Below the pieces are notes generated by a model that searched no databases, was not told the origin of the DNA, and saw nothing but the letters and a program-made list of their open reading frames with translations. From Longimicrobiales bacterium (GTDB lineage Bacteria > Gemmatimonadota > Gemmatimonadetes > Longimicrobiales > Gaopeijiaceae): a DNA stretch of 64,000 bases. The stretch covers positions 1,312,001 to 1,376,000 of the forward strand of contig CBDBCF010000001.1 of the NCBI GenBank assembly GCA_965202985.1, in the 5' to 3' direction. The translations under genes were made by a program, and so were the position numbers. Numbering within the stretch: position 1 is the first letter of the stretch; each line of letters opens with the position of its first letter. This document shows positions 38,468 through 48,089 of the stretch, one piece after another.

Positions 38468-40127
38468 TCCCTTGGACGGCCGGCCCTCGGGGCGAGCTCC
38501 TGCACGGCGACGACGAATCGGCATACTCCTGGGCAACACCGATTGCAATCCGTGGCTCTACGAGACCGTGCGGGACCTAGCCGCGGCGGACAACATGGAG
38601 CTGTGGTTTCTGGTCAACGACCGCCCGCCGCCGTGGCATACGACCCTTGCCCGTGTCTGCTTTCGCGTCCTGGCGTTCGCCGAGTCCGCCCTCATGCGGT
38701 TGTGCCGGTCCAAGACGGCTGCGGCACGGAGTCCGACCAGGAGCGTCTTGGCCTTTTCCGAGCGAGTGCTGTCCGTGTCGCCGGAGTTCTCGCCGTCGGG
38801 ACTCTCGGTTCGATACCCGGTCAAGGACATTGAGCGGATCCGGGAAATCGGGTTTGACCTCCTTGTCCGCGGCAACGCTGAACGCATCTTCCGCGGGGAC
38901 ATCCTCCACGCCGCGAAGGACGGGATCTTGTCCTGGCACTACAGCGACAACCGCTGTATCCGAGGCGGCCCGCACGGATTCTGGGAAGTCTACCATCGGC
39001 AGCCGTCGTCCGGCTTCGTTCTGCAGGTGCTGACGGAGGAACTCGACGGTGGGAGCGTCGTGTTCCGGGGCAATGTGGCGACGCAACGGTTCTACACAGC
39101 CAATGCCGCCTCGCTTCGCAACCAGAGCAACCCGTTCCTTGCCAAGATCGTTCGGGACTACGCCGACTCCGGACGTCTCCCCAGGCCGGAGGAACCGGTT
39201 CCTTACTCGGGGCCCCTGTACCGCACTCCTTCCGTCGGCCAGTCGGCACGCTATGCGTTGCGGGTGGCGGCGACTTTGCCGGCGGCGGCTTGGGCCCGGT
39301 TTCGTGCCAAGAGCCGCATGCGGACGAGTCCGTGGCAAGTCGCTTTCGTCGAGAGGCCGTGGCGCGTCGCGGTGCTGCGGCGCGGTACTCGCATCAGGAA
39401 TCCCCCCGGAACGTCCCAAGCCGACCCCTTCGTCGTCGCCCGCGACGGCCGCACCGTCGTTTTCGTTGAACAGTTGGTGCACGCAAGGAAGCGAGGGCAC
39501 ATCGCGGCCGTCGAGCTGCTTGGGGCAAGCAAGTACCGCATGCTCGGGCCCGTCATAGCGGAGCCTTTCCACATGTCTTTTCCGTACGTCTTCGAGCACG
39601 AGGGGCGCCTCTACATGACGCCCGAGACCACGGAAGCGAACGCCTGTCGGCTCTACGAATGCACGAGGTTTCCTCTCGAGTGGACGTATCGCGGCATTCT
39701 CTGCGAGCGGCCTCTGCACGACCCCATCGTGTTCGAGCACGAGGGTCTGTGGTGGCTGTTCGGCACCGAGTGCGTGGGAGGCCGCGAAGCGACTTTCTTG
39801 CTGGCCTTCTGGGCTGACAACCCGCTGTCTGGAACGTGGTCCCCGCACCAGTGCAATCCGCTGGTCGTCGATCCGCAAACGGCCCGCAACGGGGGCATCC
39901 TCTTCGATGCCGGGGGGGACCCCGTCCGCGTCAGGCAAGCGTACGGCTTCGGCGCAAGCGCAGCCTACGGGGAGTGTTGCTCGCTGGCTCGGATCACGAA
40001 GCTGACGCCCCGTGCCTTCGAGGAGCAGCAGATTGCGGAGATCGCTCCCGAGTTCTTCCCGGGAATCCGCGGGTGCCACCACATGAGCGGCAACGACCGC
40101 TGGACCACGTACGACTACCGCCGCTGA
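38433..40127 (+). CDS. Formyltransferase-like + five-bladed beta-propeller protein (glucosamine inositolphosphorylceramide transferase family-like)
   Basis: ILSWH..DN...RGGP.GFWEV and LTEELDGG; C-terminal ADPF, HMSFPYVF, DP and RNGG; start uncertain. Confidence 0.7.
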   Translation: MWRVGGWRSEANPLDGRPSGRAPARRRRIGILLGNTDCNPWLYETVRDLAAADNMELWFLVNDRPPPWHTTLARVCFRVLAFAESALMRLCRSKTAAARSPTRSVLAFSERVLSVSPEFSPSGLSVRYPVKDIERIREIGFDLLVRGNAERIFRGDILHAAKDGILSWHYSDNRCIRGGPHGFWEVYHRQPSSGFVLQVLTEELDGGSVVFRGNVATQRFYTANAASLRNQSNPFLAKIVRDYADSGRLPRPEEPVPYSGPLYRTPSVGQSARYALRVAATLPAAAWARFRAKSRMRTSPWQVAFVERPWRVAVLRRGTRIRNPPGTSQADPFVVARDGRTVVFVEQLVHARKRGHIAAVELLGASKYRMLGPVIAEPFHMSFPYVFEHEGRLYMTPETTEANACRLYECTRFPLEWTYRGILCERPLHDPIVFEHEGLWWLFGTECVGGREATFLLAFWADNPLSGTWSPHQCNPLVVDPQTARNGGILFDAGGDPVRVRQAYGFGASAAYGECCSLARITKLTPRAFEEQQIAEIAPEFFPGIRGCHHMSGNDRWTTYDYRR

Positions 40128-40146
40128 CGGCCGGGGCGGGCATGCC

Positions 40147-42126
40147 CTACGCCTCCCGCCTCCTCGTCACCTTGATCTTGAAGTTCTTCGCGGGCCTCGG
40201 CGTGGGGATGTTGCTGACCTGGAGTTCGTAGTTCCGCGGGTGGAGTTCCATCTCCACGCCGTTCATCAAAACGGCCAGGATGAGCAGCGTCTGGAGATCG
40301 GCGAAGCCTGCGCCCAGGCAGCGATGCACGCCCACGCCGTAGGGAACGTATGCATGAGGCTGCCGGTGCTCGGCGCGCTCCGGCAGGTACCGGTCGACAT
40401 CGAAGCGCTGCGGTTCGGGGAAGTGCTCGGGCAGGTGATGGGTCGCCGCTTGCGGAAGGAACATGGGCGTGCCTGCGGACACGTGATAGCCCGCGAAGTC
40501 GAAGGAGTTGGCCGCGACCCGGAAGAGCACGGGGGCCGCCGGCCACATGCGCATCGACTCCATGATCAGGCGACGCGTGACATCCAGCTCAGCCAACTTG
40601 GCGGCCGACGGCCCGCCGGAAAAGAAAGCGTCTGCTTCCGCGACGACCTTTTCCTTCAGCTCCGGGTACTTCAGCGCGGCGTAGAGGTTGAAGGCGCACG
40701 TGTTGGCCACGGTCTCCATTCCCGCGAGGAAGGGAGCGATCGCCCAGCCGCTCATGTCGGTCTCGGGTATGAGCTGCGGGTCACGGCGGTTCAGGTCGAT
40801 CAGGTCGCTGATGAAATCGCCGGAGTCGTGGAACGGCCCGCCCGGCCCATGGGCCTCGAGGATCTCGTGCGCAACGGTCTCCACGCCGCCCTTCGCCTTC
40901 TTGAACCTGCTCGCGAACAGCAGCCATGGCAGCTGCTTGGTCACCTTGGTCTTCAGCAAGATGTCGAGCATCGTCGCCATGTCCTCGACCTGTTCGGAGG
41001 CCGACCGGTTCGCCAGAATCCTTCCCATCTGCTCGGCGACGACCTGCTGCAGGAACGGCAAAGGATGCAGGGGCCGGCCCACGGGCAGGGCGGCAACTTG
41101 CCGGTGCACGACTTCGTTGGCGAGGTCGAAGCACTGGTTGAAGCGGGGGCGACCCAGCGCGGGGGCGAACGCCTTGCGTATCGCGAAGTGCTCCTGCCCC
41201 TCCATGTTCAGCACGATCCTGTGCATGTTTAGGCCTTCGGCAAGCCCCTGGAACGGTTCTCTCGAGCTGAAGCAGCGCCGCCCCTGGCGGTTCACGAAGC
41301 GGTTCGCCTCCTCGCCCACCAGCACCAGAAGCGTCCTGCGCAGAATGCGAACCTCGAACATGGGACCCAGCTCCACGTACTGTTCGGCCAGGAAGCGCCC
41401 CAAGTCGATCGACGCCTCGCGGACGTTGCCGACGAACGGCAGCCCCTTGGCCATCGGCGGCTTCTTCAACCGCGGGCGCGGGGTCTTCTTCTCCTCGGAC
41501 TCGGACTCGCGCACGGCCCGGGTCACGGCTTGGCCGATCAGGTCGAGGCGACGCACCGTATCGATCCGCTCCCGCGCCTCTTCGAACTCCGCCTTGGCGA
41601 GCATCCCCTTGAAGACGCCGCAGGCGTCGGCCAAGCAGATGATCACCACGTCGCGCGGCCCGGGCACGTCGTCGCTGAATAGCACGCCCATGATGCGGAG
41701 GCGCACCTCTTGCTCCGCCTTGCCGCCCACGGTCGGGTAGCGCTTGGCCCGGGCCACCTTGGTCGTCGTTTCGATCGCGCCCTCGTCGGCGGACCGAATG
41801 ATGCCGGCCTCGACCAAGCGCTGGAGCGACGACGCCCGGATGCGCTCGCCGTCCTGCGCGAAGTGCCGCACCCAGTACTCGGGCGCACGCGGTTCGGGGT
41901 TCTCGGCCAAGCGCGCCAGCACCGGGTCCAGCACATCGTCGCCCAGAGGCGCGGAATCGACCACCGTCAGCTGCTGCAGGTCCGTGTCGATCCGGTTCTC
42001 GTGCGCCAAGTCCATGAGCACGGCGCCCGCCAGCACGTGGTTCAAGTCGCGCTCGGGCACGAGCGCCAAGCTGCCGGAGTCCTCGTCGATGAGGAGGAGA
42101 AGCAGCTCCTCGGCAAACCTCAGCAT
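40147..42126 (-). CDS. GPP34 (GOLPH3/Vps74) domain-cytochrome P450 fusion
   Basis: N-terminal ~205 aa: AEELLLLL.D, LAGAVLMDLA..RI, L.RLV..GII and RYP. P450 part: PMAKGLPFVG, AGMET, ESMR, PQRFD..R and heme motif YGVGVHRCLG. Confidence 0.88.
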   Translation of the reverse strand: MLRFAEELLLLLIDEDSGSLALVPERDLNHVLAGAVLMDLAHENRIDTDLQQLTVVDSAPLGDDVLDPVLARLAENPEPRAPEYWVRHFAQDGERIRASSLQRLVEAGIIRSADEGAIETTTKVARAKRYPTVGGKAEQEVRLRIMGVLFSDDVPGPRDVVIICLADACGVFKGMLAKAEFEEARERIDTVRRLDLIGQAVTRAVRESESEEKKTPRPRLKKPPMAKGLPFVGNVREASIDLGRFLAEQYVELGPMFEVRILRRTLLVLVGEEANRFVNRQGRRCFSSREPFQGLAEGLNMHRIVLNMEGQEHFAIRKAFAPALGRPRFNQCFDLANEVVHRQVAALPVGRPLHPLPFLQQVVAEQMGRILANRSASEQVEDMATMLDILLKTKVTKQLPWLLFASRFKKAKGGVETVAHEILEAHGPGGPFHDSGDFISDLIDLNRRDPQLIPETDMSGWAIAPFLAGMETVANTCAFNLYAALKYPELKEKVVAEADAFFSGGPSAAKLAELDVTRRLIMESMRMWPAAPVLFRVAANSFDFAGYHVSAGTPMFLPQAATHHLPEHFPEPQRFDVDRYLPERAEHRQPHAYVPYGVGVHRCLGAGFADLQTLLILAVLMNGVEMELHPRNYELQVSNIPTPRPAKNFKIKVTRRREA

Positions 42127-42139
42127 GTCCGTTCGCGCG

Positions 42140-43285
42140 TCATTCGGCGGCGGGGGGCGGCTCGTAGCCCCAAGCGTCCACTGCGAACCCCCACTCGTCG
42201 GTGATCCGGTCTATCGTCGCCTGCGGCAACGTGAAGCGGTTCTTGCGGTAGCCCGCCACCGTCTTCAGGTATGCCTCGATGCGTTCGCGGGCGACGCTCC
42301 AACCGGAGAGCTCCAGCTCCTCGTACACGCGCCCCAGCTCGCCCAGCGGATCCTTGTCCAGGTCTTCGTAGCGCACCTCGGCGAAGTGCCCGTCCGGAAT
42401 CAGCTCGCGGTCTCGCATGTACTTGGACATCAACAGCTTGTAGGTGTCGACAATGTGCTGCTCCACTTCGTCCCAGTCGTAGTCGTCCAGCTGGTACAGC
42501 GGCAGCATCGTGCGGTTGAGGTGCATCACCGAGGGGTAGACGGCGTACGGATTGCGGATGATGTGCAGGAACTTCGCGCCCGGGAAGAGGCGCGCCAAGT
42601 GGTCGGAGCGGGCGATATTGAGCGTGTTCCGCAGCATCGGGGGCTTGCCGCCGGAGTGGAGGACCACCTTTCGCACCTCGCGGACGTAGACGCGCTCCCA
42701 CTGGCGCAGCTCCCGCGCCGACAGGCTGCCGTCGGGAGAGCCGTCCGGCCCTGCGCCCATCATCACGTACTTGGCCACCGTCTCCCGAAACAGCTTGGGG
42801 AACGCCAGCTGGTGCACGGCCGACAGACGCGACATGGCGGCAACGGCCAGGTCCTCTTCCTGCGGCGAGTCCAGCGTGACCTTGACGTTGTCCATGGGCC
42901 GGGTCTGCTCGCCGGCGGCCTCCATGGCCTTCCGCAGGAGCCGCTTGATCCAGCCGCTCGCAACGAACGAGAACGGCGCCGCCACGCACTGGAAGGTGTT
43001 GAAGTAGCCCCACTGCGGATCCTGGGCGAGCAGGTACTGCAGGTGCGTCGAGCCCGTGCGCGGGAAGCCCAGGACGAAGAACGGCGGCTTGTCGATGGGC
43101 GTCCTGGCGATCTTCCTCGAGAACGCCACCCGCTCGGCCAGCCGCAACGGGGTCGTCGTCGTGGACAACGCGAGGATGCCGGCGAACTTCCGCCAGTACC
43201 GGCGCGGAATGCCGCCGTTGTCCCAGACGAGGCGCAGCCAAAGGAGGGGGGATGCGAAGGTTGCAGGGTGAAAGTCGTCCTTCAT
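42140..43285 (-). CDS. Stf3-like PAPS-dependent sulfotransferase (Sulfotransfer_3)
   Basis: PFFVLGFPRTGST, RPMDNV, PQEED, FPGAKFLHIIRNPYAVYPS, RYEDL and Y.KN; overall layout as in mycobacterial Stf3. Confidence 0.87.
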   Translation of the reverse strand: MKDDFHPATFASPLLWLRLVWDNGGIPRRYWRKFAGILALSTTTTPLRLAERVAFSRKIARTPIDKPPFFVLGFPRTGSTHLQYLLAQDPQWGYFNTFQCVAAPFSFVASGWIKRLLRKAMEAAGEQTRPMDNVKVTLDSPQEEDLAVAAMSRLSAVHQLAFPKLFRETVAKYVMMGAGPDGSPDGSLSARELRQWERVYVREVRKVVLHSGGKPPMLRNTLNIARSDHLARLFPGAKFLHIIRNPYAVYPSVMHLNRTMLPLYQLDDYDWDEVEQHIVDTYKLLMSKYMRDRELIPDGHFAEVRYEDLDKDPLGELGRVYEELELSGWSVARERIEAYLKTVAGYRKNRFTLPQATIDRITDEWGFAVDAWGYEPPPAAE

Positions 43286-43290
43286 GTCAG

Positions 43291-44985
43291 TCAGGCCTCG
43301 TGTGTGGTTGCTCCGCCGGCGACGGTGCGCAGGACGGGGATTTCCTTGATGGCGCCGGGATCGGCGTCGTGGGGATCGGAGGCCAGCGCCACGAAGTCCG
43401 CCAGCTTGCCCGCGGCGATCGACCCCTTGTCGTGCTCCTCGAACGACGCGAACGCGCCGCCCATAGTGCAGATGCGCAGCGCTTCGCCCACGCCGATCCG
43501 CTGGCTCGCGCCCCACACGCGGCCGTCGAAGTCCGTGCGGGTCACCATGCTCTGAACGGCCATGAGGGGCTCGTAGGGACCGGGCGTGTAGTCCGACGCC
43601 GGCGCCACAGGGATTCCGTGGTCCAGAAACGACCGGTGAGCGAACATCCACTCCATCTTCTCGGGACCGTACTCCACCCACTTGTTGCCGTGATAGTGGA
43701 CGTAGGTGTAGAAGGGCGTGGGCACGACTCCCGCGGCCTTGATCCGCCGGAGCAGGTCCGGGTTGACCAGGGAGCAGTGCTCGATCCGATGGCGCGGGTC
43801 GGGCCGGGGCCAGCGGTCCTGGACTCGCTCGTAGGCGTTCAGCACAATGTCGATGGCGATGTCGCCGTTGGCGTGGATGCCGACCTGCCAGCCCGAGCGG
43901 TGGGCTTCCTCCACCACTTCGTGAACCTCTTCCTGGCTCATGGTGAGGATGCCGTAGTCGCCGGGGCGGCCCACGTAGGGCGTGCTCATGCGCATCGTGC
44001 GCTCCGAGGCCGATCCGTCGGCGCCGTACTTGACGGGCCCGACCCGCAGCCACTCGTCGCCGAAGCCCGTGGCCACGCCGGCCCGGCGCAAGTCCTGGTA
44101 CGGACCACGCACGAGCATGTAGACGCGGCAGCGCAGTTCGCCAGCGGCGTAGGCGGCCTGATAGGCCTTGAGGCTGGCGGCCGACGTGCCGGCGTCGTGA
44201 AAGGAAGTCAGTCCGGCCTGCGCCATCAGTCGGGTGATCAGGGCCACGCCGGCTTGGCGGTCGTCGTCGGTGTGGGTGTTGGGGATCAGCGAGCGGAAGA
44301 CGTAGTTGGCCCGCTCGGCGACCAAGCCCGTGAGCGCGCCGTCCTCGCGGTAGAACTTGCCCCCGTCGGGGTCGGGCGTGTCGGCGTCCACCCCGGCCAG
44401 GGCGAAGGCTCGGGAGTTGTACACGCTGGTGTGGCCGCCCCGGTGTCCCACCACCGCAGGATGGTCCGGGACCGCTTCGTCCAGGTCCAGCCGGTTCAGA
44501 GGCCGCCCTTCGGCCAGCTTGGTGTCGTCGTACTTGAAGCCGACGACCCACTCGCCGGACGGAGTCTGCCGCGCCCGCTCGGCCATCCGGTCCTTGATCT
44601 CGGCTACGCTTCGGACGTCCACATTCACGTCCTTCAGCTCCCGAACGCCGGCCCCCGCCGGGTGCGTGTGGGCGTCGACGAACCCGGGGACGATTGCGGC
44701 GTCGCCGTGGTCGATCACCCGCGTCCCGGCGCCCCGCAGGTTCTCCACGTCTGCCCGGGAGCCCACCGCCACGAAGCGGTCGTCCTTCACTGCAAAGGAC
44801 TCGGCTCTGGGGTTGGCGTCGTCCATCGTGTGGATCGTTCCGCCGTGGACGATCAGGTCCGGGGGCGCGCCTCCTCCTCCATCAAGGCCGCCGCGGGCTC
44901 GGCCGCCGGATCCGCACCCGGTCGCCAACCCTGCGCCGGCACCGGCGGACAGCCCCAGGAACCGGCTTCTGGTGATTCGCGTCAT
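43291..44985 (-). CDS. YtcJ-like amidohydrolase (Amidohydro_3), Tat-like lipoprotein signal
   Basis: TRSRFL...LATGC; PGFVDAHTH, ADGS, HANGD, RIEHCS and ASDY. Confidence 0.88.
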   Translation of the reverse strand: MTRITRSRFLGLSAGAGAGLATGCGSGGRARGGLDGGGGAPPDLIVHGGTIHTMDDANPRAESFAVKDDRFVAVGSRADVENLRGAGTRVIDHGDAAIVPGFVDAHTHPAGAGVRELKDVNVDVRSVAEIKDRMAERARQTPSGEWVVGFKYDDTKLAEGRPLNRLDLDEAVPDHPAVVGHRGGHTSVYNSRAFALAGVDADTPDPDGGKFYREDGALTGLVAERANYVFRSLIPNTHTDDDRQAGVALITRLMAQAGLTSFHDAGTSAASLKAYQAAYAAGELRCRVYMLVRGPYQDLRRAGVATGFGDEWLRVGPVKYGADGSASERTMRMSTPYVGRPGDYGILTMSQEEVHEVVEEAHRSGWQVGIHANGDIAIDIVLNAYERVQDRWPRPDPRHRIEHCSLVNPDLLRRIKAAGVVPTPFYTYVHYHGNKWVEYGPEKMEWMFAHRSFLDHGIPVAPASDYTPGPYEPLMAVQSMVTRTDFDGRVWGASQRIGVGEALRICTMGGAFASFEEHDKGSIAAGKLADFVALASDPHDADPGAIKEIPVLRTVAGGATTHEA

Positions 44986-45325
44986 CAAGCTTCTCTTGCC
45001 TGGAATGGAAGAGTCCACCGACCATGCCCGCCGCCGCGCCCCGCCTAGAGAGTACCACCGGGGCCAGTGCCGCCGCCAGCCCGAACCTAACCGCGACTGC
45101 TTCCACGATGGCATCATCCGCTGGACAATGACGCGACCGACGTGGGCCGCCGTGGTGGGCGTGACCGGGGGCTGCACGGCTACGTGAGCGAGCCCGAGCG
45201 CGGTCGGCGGAGCTGGAAGAAGGGCAGGGAAGCCCAGAAAGCCGGTCTATGCGAACCGGCGGCGGGTCCGGGGCGAGCGCCTCTTGGGACCGCTTCAACG
45301 CGCCAAAACCCGTTTATAGGGCATA

Positions 45326-46390
45326 TCAGTCGCCAACAGGGAGTTCCCACAAGCGAAGAGTCGGGAACAAGTCGTTCTCCAGAGTCGCAAGCCGACCGTC
45401 TGCCAGAACCGTGATCGCGTCCACGTCGCGTGGGAACAAGTAGGATCCAAGGTACTCGCCGCCTTGCGTCGAATATGTGTCCACCACACGCCCTGCATGG
45501 CTAGTGGACCCAAAGTACAGCACGTAAATCCGGGACGTGGTGGCCGCTGCTCCCCGCGCCGCCCTCACAGCCTTGGGGTCGACCTTGAATCCAGTGCCGG
45601 TCCAACCGGGCCCCGATGCGCTCACTGCAACGACTTCGGGAAAAGGGATCGCCTCTACGCCATCTGCGAGAACGCCTACGCTGCCGTCGGCTTCCAAGAT
45701 GATCATCTGGCTGGACCAGCGGAAATAGACTGCCGCACGGCCGCCCGGTATTTCTGCGGCCCAGCCCTCGCCGGCCAAGTCATGATCGAACGCCATCTGC
45801 GCTGGCATGAGCACGGTCCGGCGCCGAACACCGGTCTTGGAAAACGACGTCCACAAGGTGTCTCGCTTGTTCGTGTGCGGCACGACGGCGAAGTGTCCTG
45901 GGTCAAAGGACGGGGGCAACAGGGACGCCGGCAGCCCACCCGGAACGGGCACGGTTGCGAGAAGTTCCCCTGCCGAGCTGACGACCGTAATCCGGCGATT
46001 CCACGGATCAAGGACGTGAAGGCTCCCGTCTTCGTCGAACTGCAAGTCGATAAAGGCCAAGAATTCTCCAGGCCCCGGACCGTTGCGTCCGAACTTCCAG
46101 ACGAGTTCGCCGGCGGCGGACACCTCGCGGATCGAGAAGTCTCCCCAGTCGGTCACCACCAGCCCTCCGCGTGGACTGCGCTGGATCTGCAGAGGACGTG
46201 TCCCAAGGAGAGTCCCATCGACATCCTCCCAGGCGGCGACTTCCACGGGGGTTGGCAACCATCGACGCTGAGCGTCCAGTGCGGCGACCGGGCCTAAGAG
46301 CGTCATGCCTCCGAACGCCGTGCACCAAGTCGCCGCTGCAGCGGTTCTCAGAATGGGGCCAGCCCTCCTTCCTTGTACCCCTCCCAGCAT
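45326..46390 (-). CDS. Secreted 6-bladed beta-propeller (NHL/TolB-like) protein
   Basis: FGRNGPGPGEF, LHVLD..NRRI and VVDTYS..G.YLGS; lower GC3 than flanks; start uncertain. Confidence 0.7.
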   Translation of the reverse strand: MLGGVQGRRAGPILRTAAAATWCTAFGGMTLLGPVAALDAQRRWLPTPVEVAAWEDVDGTLLGTRPLQIQRSPRGGLVVTDWGDFSIREVSAAGELVWKFGRNGPGPGEFLAFIDLQFDEDGSLHVLDPWNRRITVVSSAGELLATVPVPGGLPASLLPPSFDPGHFAVVPHTNKRDTLWTSFSKTGVRRRTVLMPAQMAFDHDLAGEGWAAEIPGGRAAVYFRWSSQMIILEADGSVGVLADGVEAIPFPEVVAVSASGPGWTGTGFKVDPKAVRAARGAAATTSRIYVLYFGSTSHAGRVVDTYSTQGGEYLGSYLFPRDVDAITVLADGRLATLENDLFPTLRLWELPVGD

Positions 46391-46580
46391 GTCCAGCGGT
46401 TCATGCTGTCGTCCTGTCTAGAGATGTGACCGCTGTGTACTTGGTAAAAGCTTTCAAGAGCCCGAAAATGCGGATCAGTTTTTGGCACACGAGAGTTGGG
46501 GCCGCCGGCAAAGGCGCTTGACCATCGAGGCTGGCCCGCAGGAAGCGCTCCCCGGCAAGCTGCCTGGGCCGCAACCCGCG

Positions 46581-48089
46581 TCACGGCGTTCTTCGCCGGA
46601 AGGGGTCTCCCACAACGCGGCGCACATCCGCCAGCACGGTGGCGGCGTCGGGCGGGGGCTTGGTCAGCAGGCTGACGACGACCGTCAGCAGAAACCCGAC
46701 CGCGAAGCCCGGGATCATTTCGTACAGGTCGTAGAAGCGCGCCTTAAGGGGCGTCACGACCCAGACGATCGCGGTGGCGAAGCCGCCGATCATGCCCGCC
46801 ACGGCGCCGGCCCGCGTGGTGCCGGCCCAGAACAGCGAGCACAGCACGACGGGCGTGAACGCCGAGGCCAAGCCCGCCCAAGCGAAGAGCACGAACCAGA
46901 AGATCAGGCGGCTCTCGGGCAAGGCGAAGGCCAGTCCGCCAAGGCCGATCACGACAGTCAGGACTCGTCCGACAGCCGCAAGCCGTCGTTCGGGTAGGCT
47001 CGGGGCGACGACCTTCTGGACCACGTCGCGCACCACTGCGGACGAGGCCAGGATCAGCAGCGAATCCACGGTGGACATGATCGCCGCGATCACCACCACC
47101 AGGACCAGACCGGCCACGACCGCCGGGAACAGTTGCGTGGCCATGGCAGGCAGCACGGTCTCGGGGTCGGCCAGCCCCGGAAACAGATGGCGTCCGGCGA
47201 TTCCGGCCAAGACCGCTCCGACATCGAAGACCACGATGCACAGGACGGCGATGAGGCCGCCCCCGGCGATCTGGCGTCGGTCGCGCGCCGACATGAACCG
47301 GGTCAGCAGCTGCGGCGCGCCCAGGAACGCGAGGCCGATCCCCGCGAAGCTGACGGCGCTGACCACGCCCTGCAGGGTCCATCCGTGTTCGCCCATGGGC
47401 CGCAGAAGCGCCGGGTCCGCCTGTCCGACGCTGGCCATGAGGGCGCTCCAGCCTCCGGCGTGCCATATGCCCGCCACCGGAAGCACCAGCAGGCACAGGA
47501 ACATGAGCACGCCTTGAACCAGGTCGCTGTACGCCACGGCCTTGAAGCCGCCGATGCTGGTGTACAGGAAGATCACGGCGGCTCCGACGAGCACGCCCGT
47601 GCCGTAGCCGGTCCCCAGGAACGACTCGAACGTCTTGCCCGCGACCGTCAGCTGGGCGGCGGTGTAGGCCACGACCATGGTGAAGATGATGACGGCGCTG
47701 ATCAGCCGCAGCACATGGCGGCGGTCCTGGAACCGGTCCGACAGGTAGTCGGGCACGGTGATGGCGTCGCATCGGTCGGTGTGCTCCTTGAACGGCCGGG
47801 CCACCAGCGTCCACGCCAAGGCAACGCCCAGGACTTCGCCCAGGACCACCCACATGGCGTGGAACCCCACCAGATAGCCCATCCCCGTCAGCCCCAGCAG
47901 CAACCAGCCGCTCTCGCCCGTGGTGTTGGCGGAGAACGCGATCACCCACGACGGCAGCTTCTTGCCGGCCACGTAGAAGCCGGCCACCGAGCGGTTCTCG
48001 CGACTGGCCCACCACGCGATGCCGACGAGCACCAGGAAGTAGGCGGCCAGCACCGCGACGATCGTGGCGCGGCCGTCGGGGTTGCTCAC
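46581..48089 (-). CDS. Sodium:solute symporter (PutP-like)
   Basis: ESGWLLLGLTG, GGFKAV..SD..QG, G.PQLL.RFM and AAIMSTVDS; many TM helices. Confidence 0.92.
   Translation of the reverse strand: MSNPDGRATIVAVLAAYFLVLVGIAWWASRENRSVAGFYVAGKKLPSWVIAFSANTTGESGWLLLGLTGMGYLVGFHAMWVVLGEVLGVALAWTLVARPFKEHTDRCDAITVPDYLSDRFQDRRHVLRLISAVIIFTMVVAYTAAQLTVAGKTFESFLGTGYGTGVLVGAAVIFLYTSIGGFKAVAYSDLVQGVLMFLCLLVLPVAGIWHAGGWSALMASVGQADPALLRPMGEHGWTLQGVVSAVSFAGIGLAFLGAPQLLTRFMSARDRRQIAGGGLIAVLCIVVFDVGAVLAGIAGRHLFPGLADPETVLPAMATQLFPAVVAGLVLVVVIAAIMSTVDSLLILASSAVVRDVVQKVVAPSLPERRLAAVGRVLTVVIGLGGLAFALPESRLIFWFVLFAWAGLASAFTPVVLCSLFWAGTTRAGAVAGMIGGFATAIVWVVTPLKARFYDLYEMIPGFAVGFLLTVVVSLLTKPPPDAATVLADVRRVVGDPFRRRTP

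Noticed and set aside
44990..45320. Possible small peptide gene between the propeller and the amidohydrolase
   Set aside because: No frame gave a convincing RBS, start and protein-like sequence.
46482..46500. sigma54 promoter (TGGCAC)
   Set aside because: There is no TTGC at the required -12 spacing.
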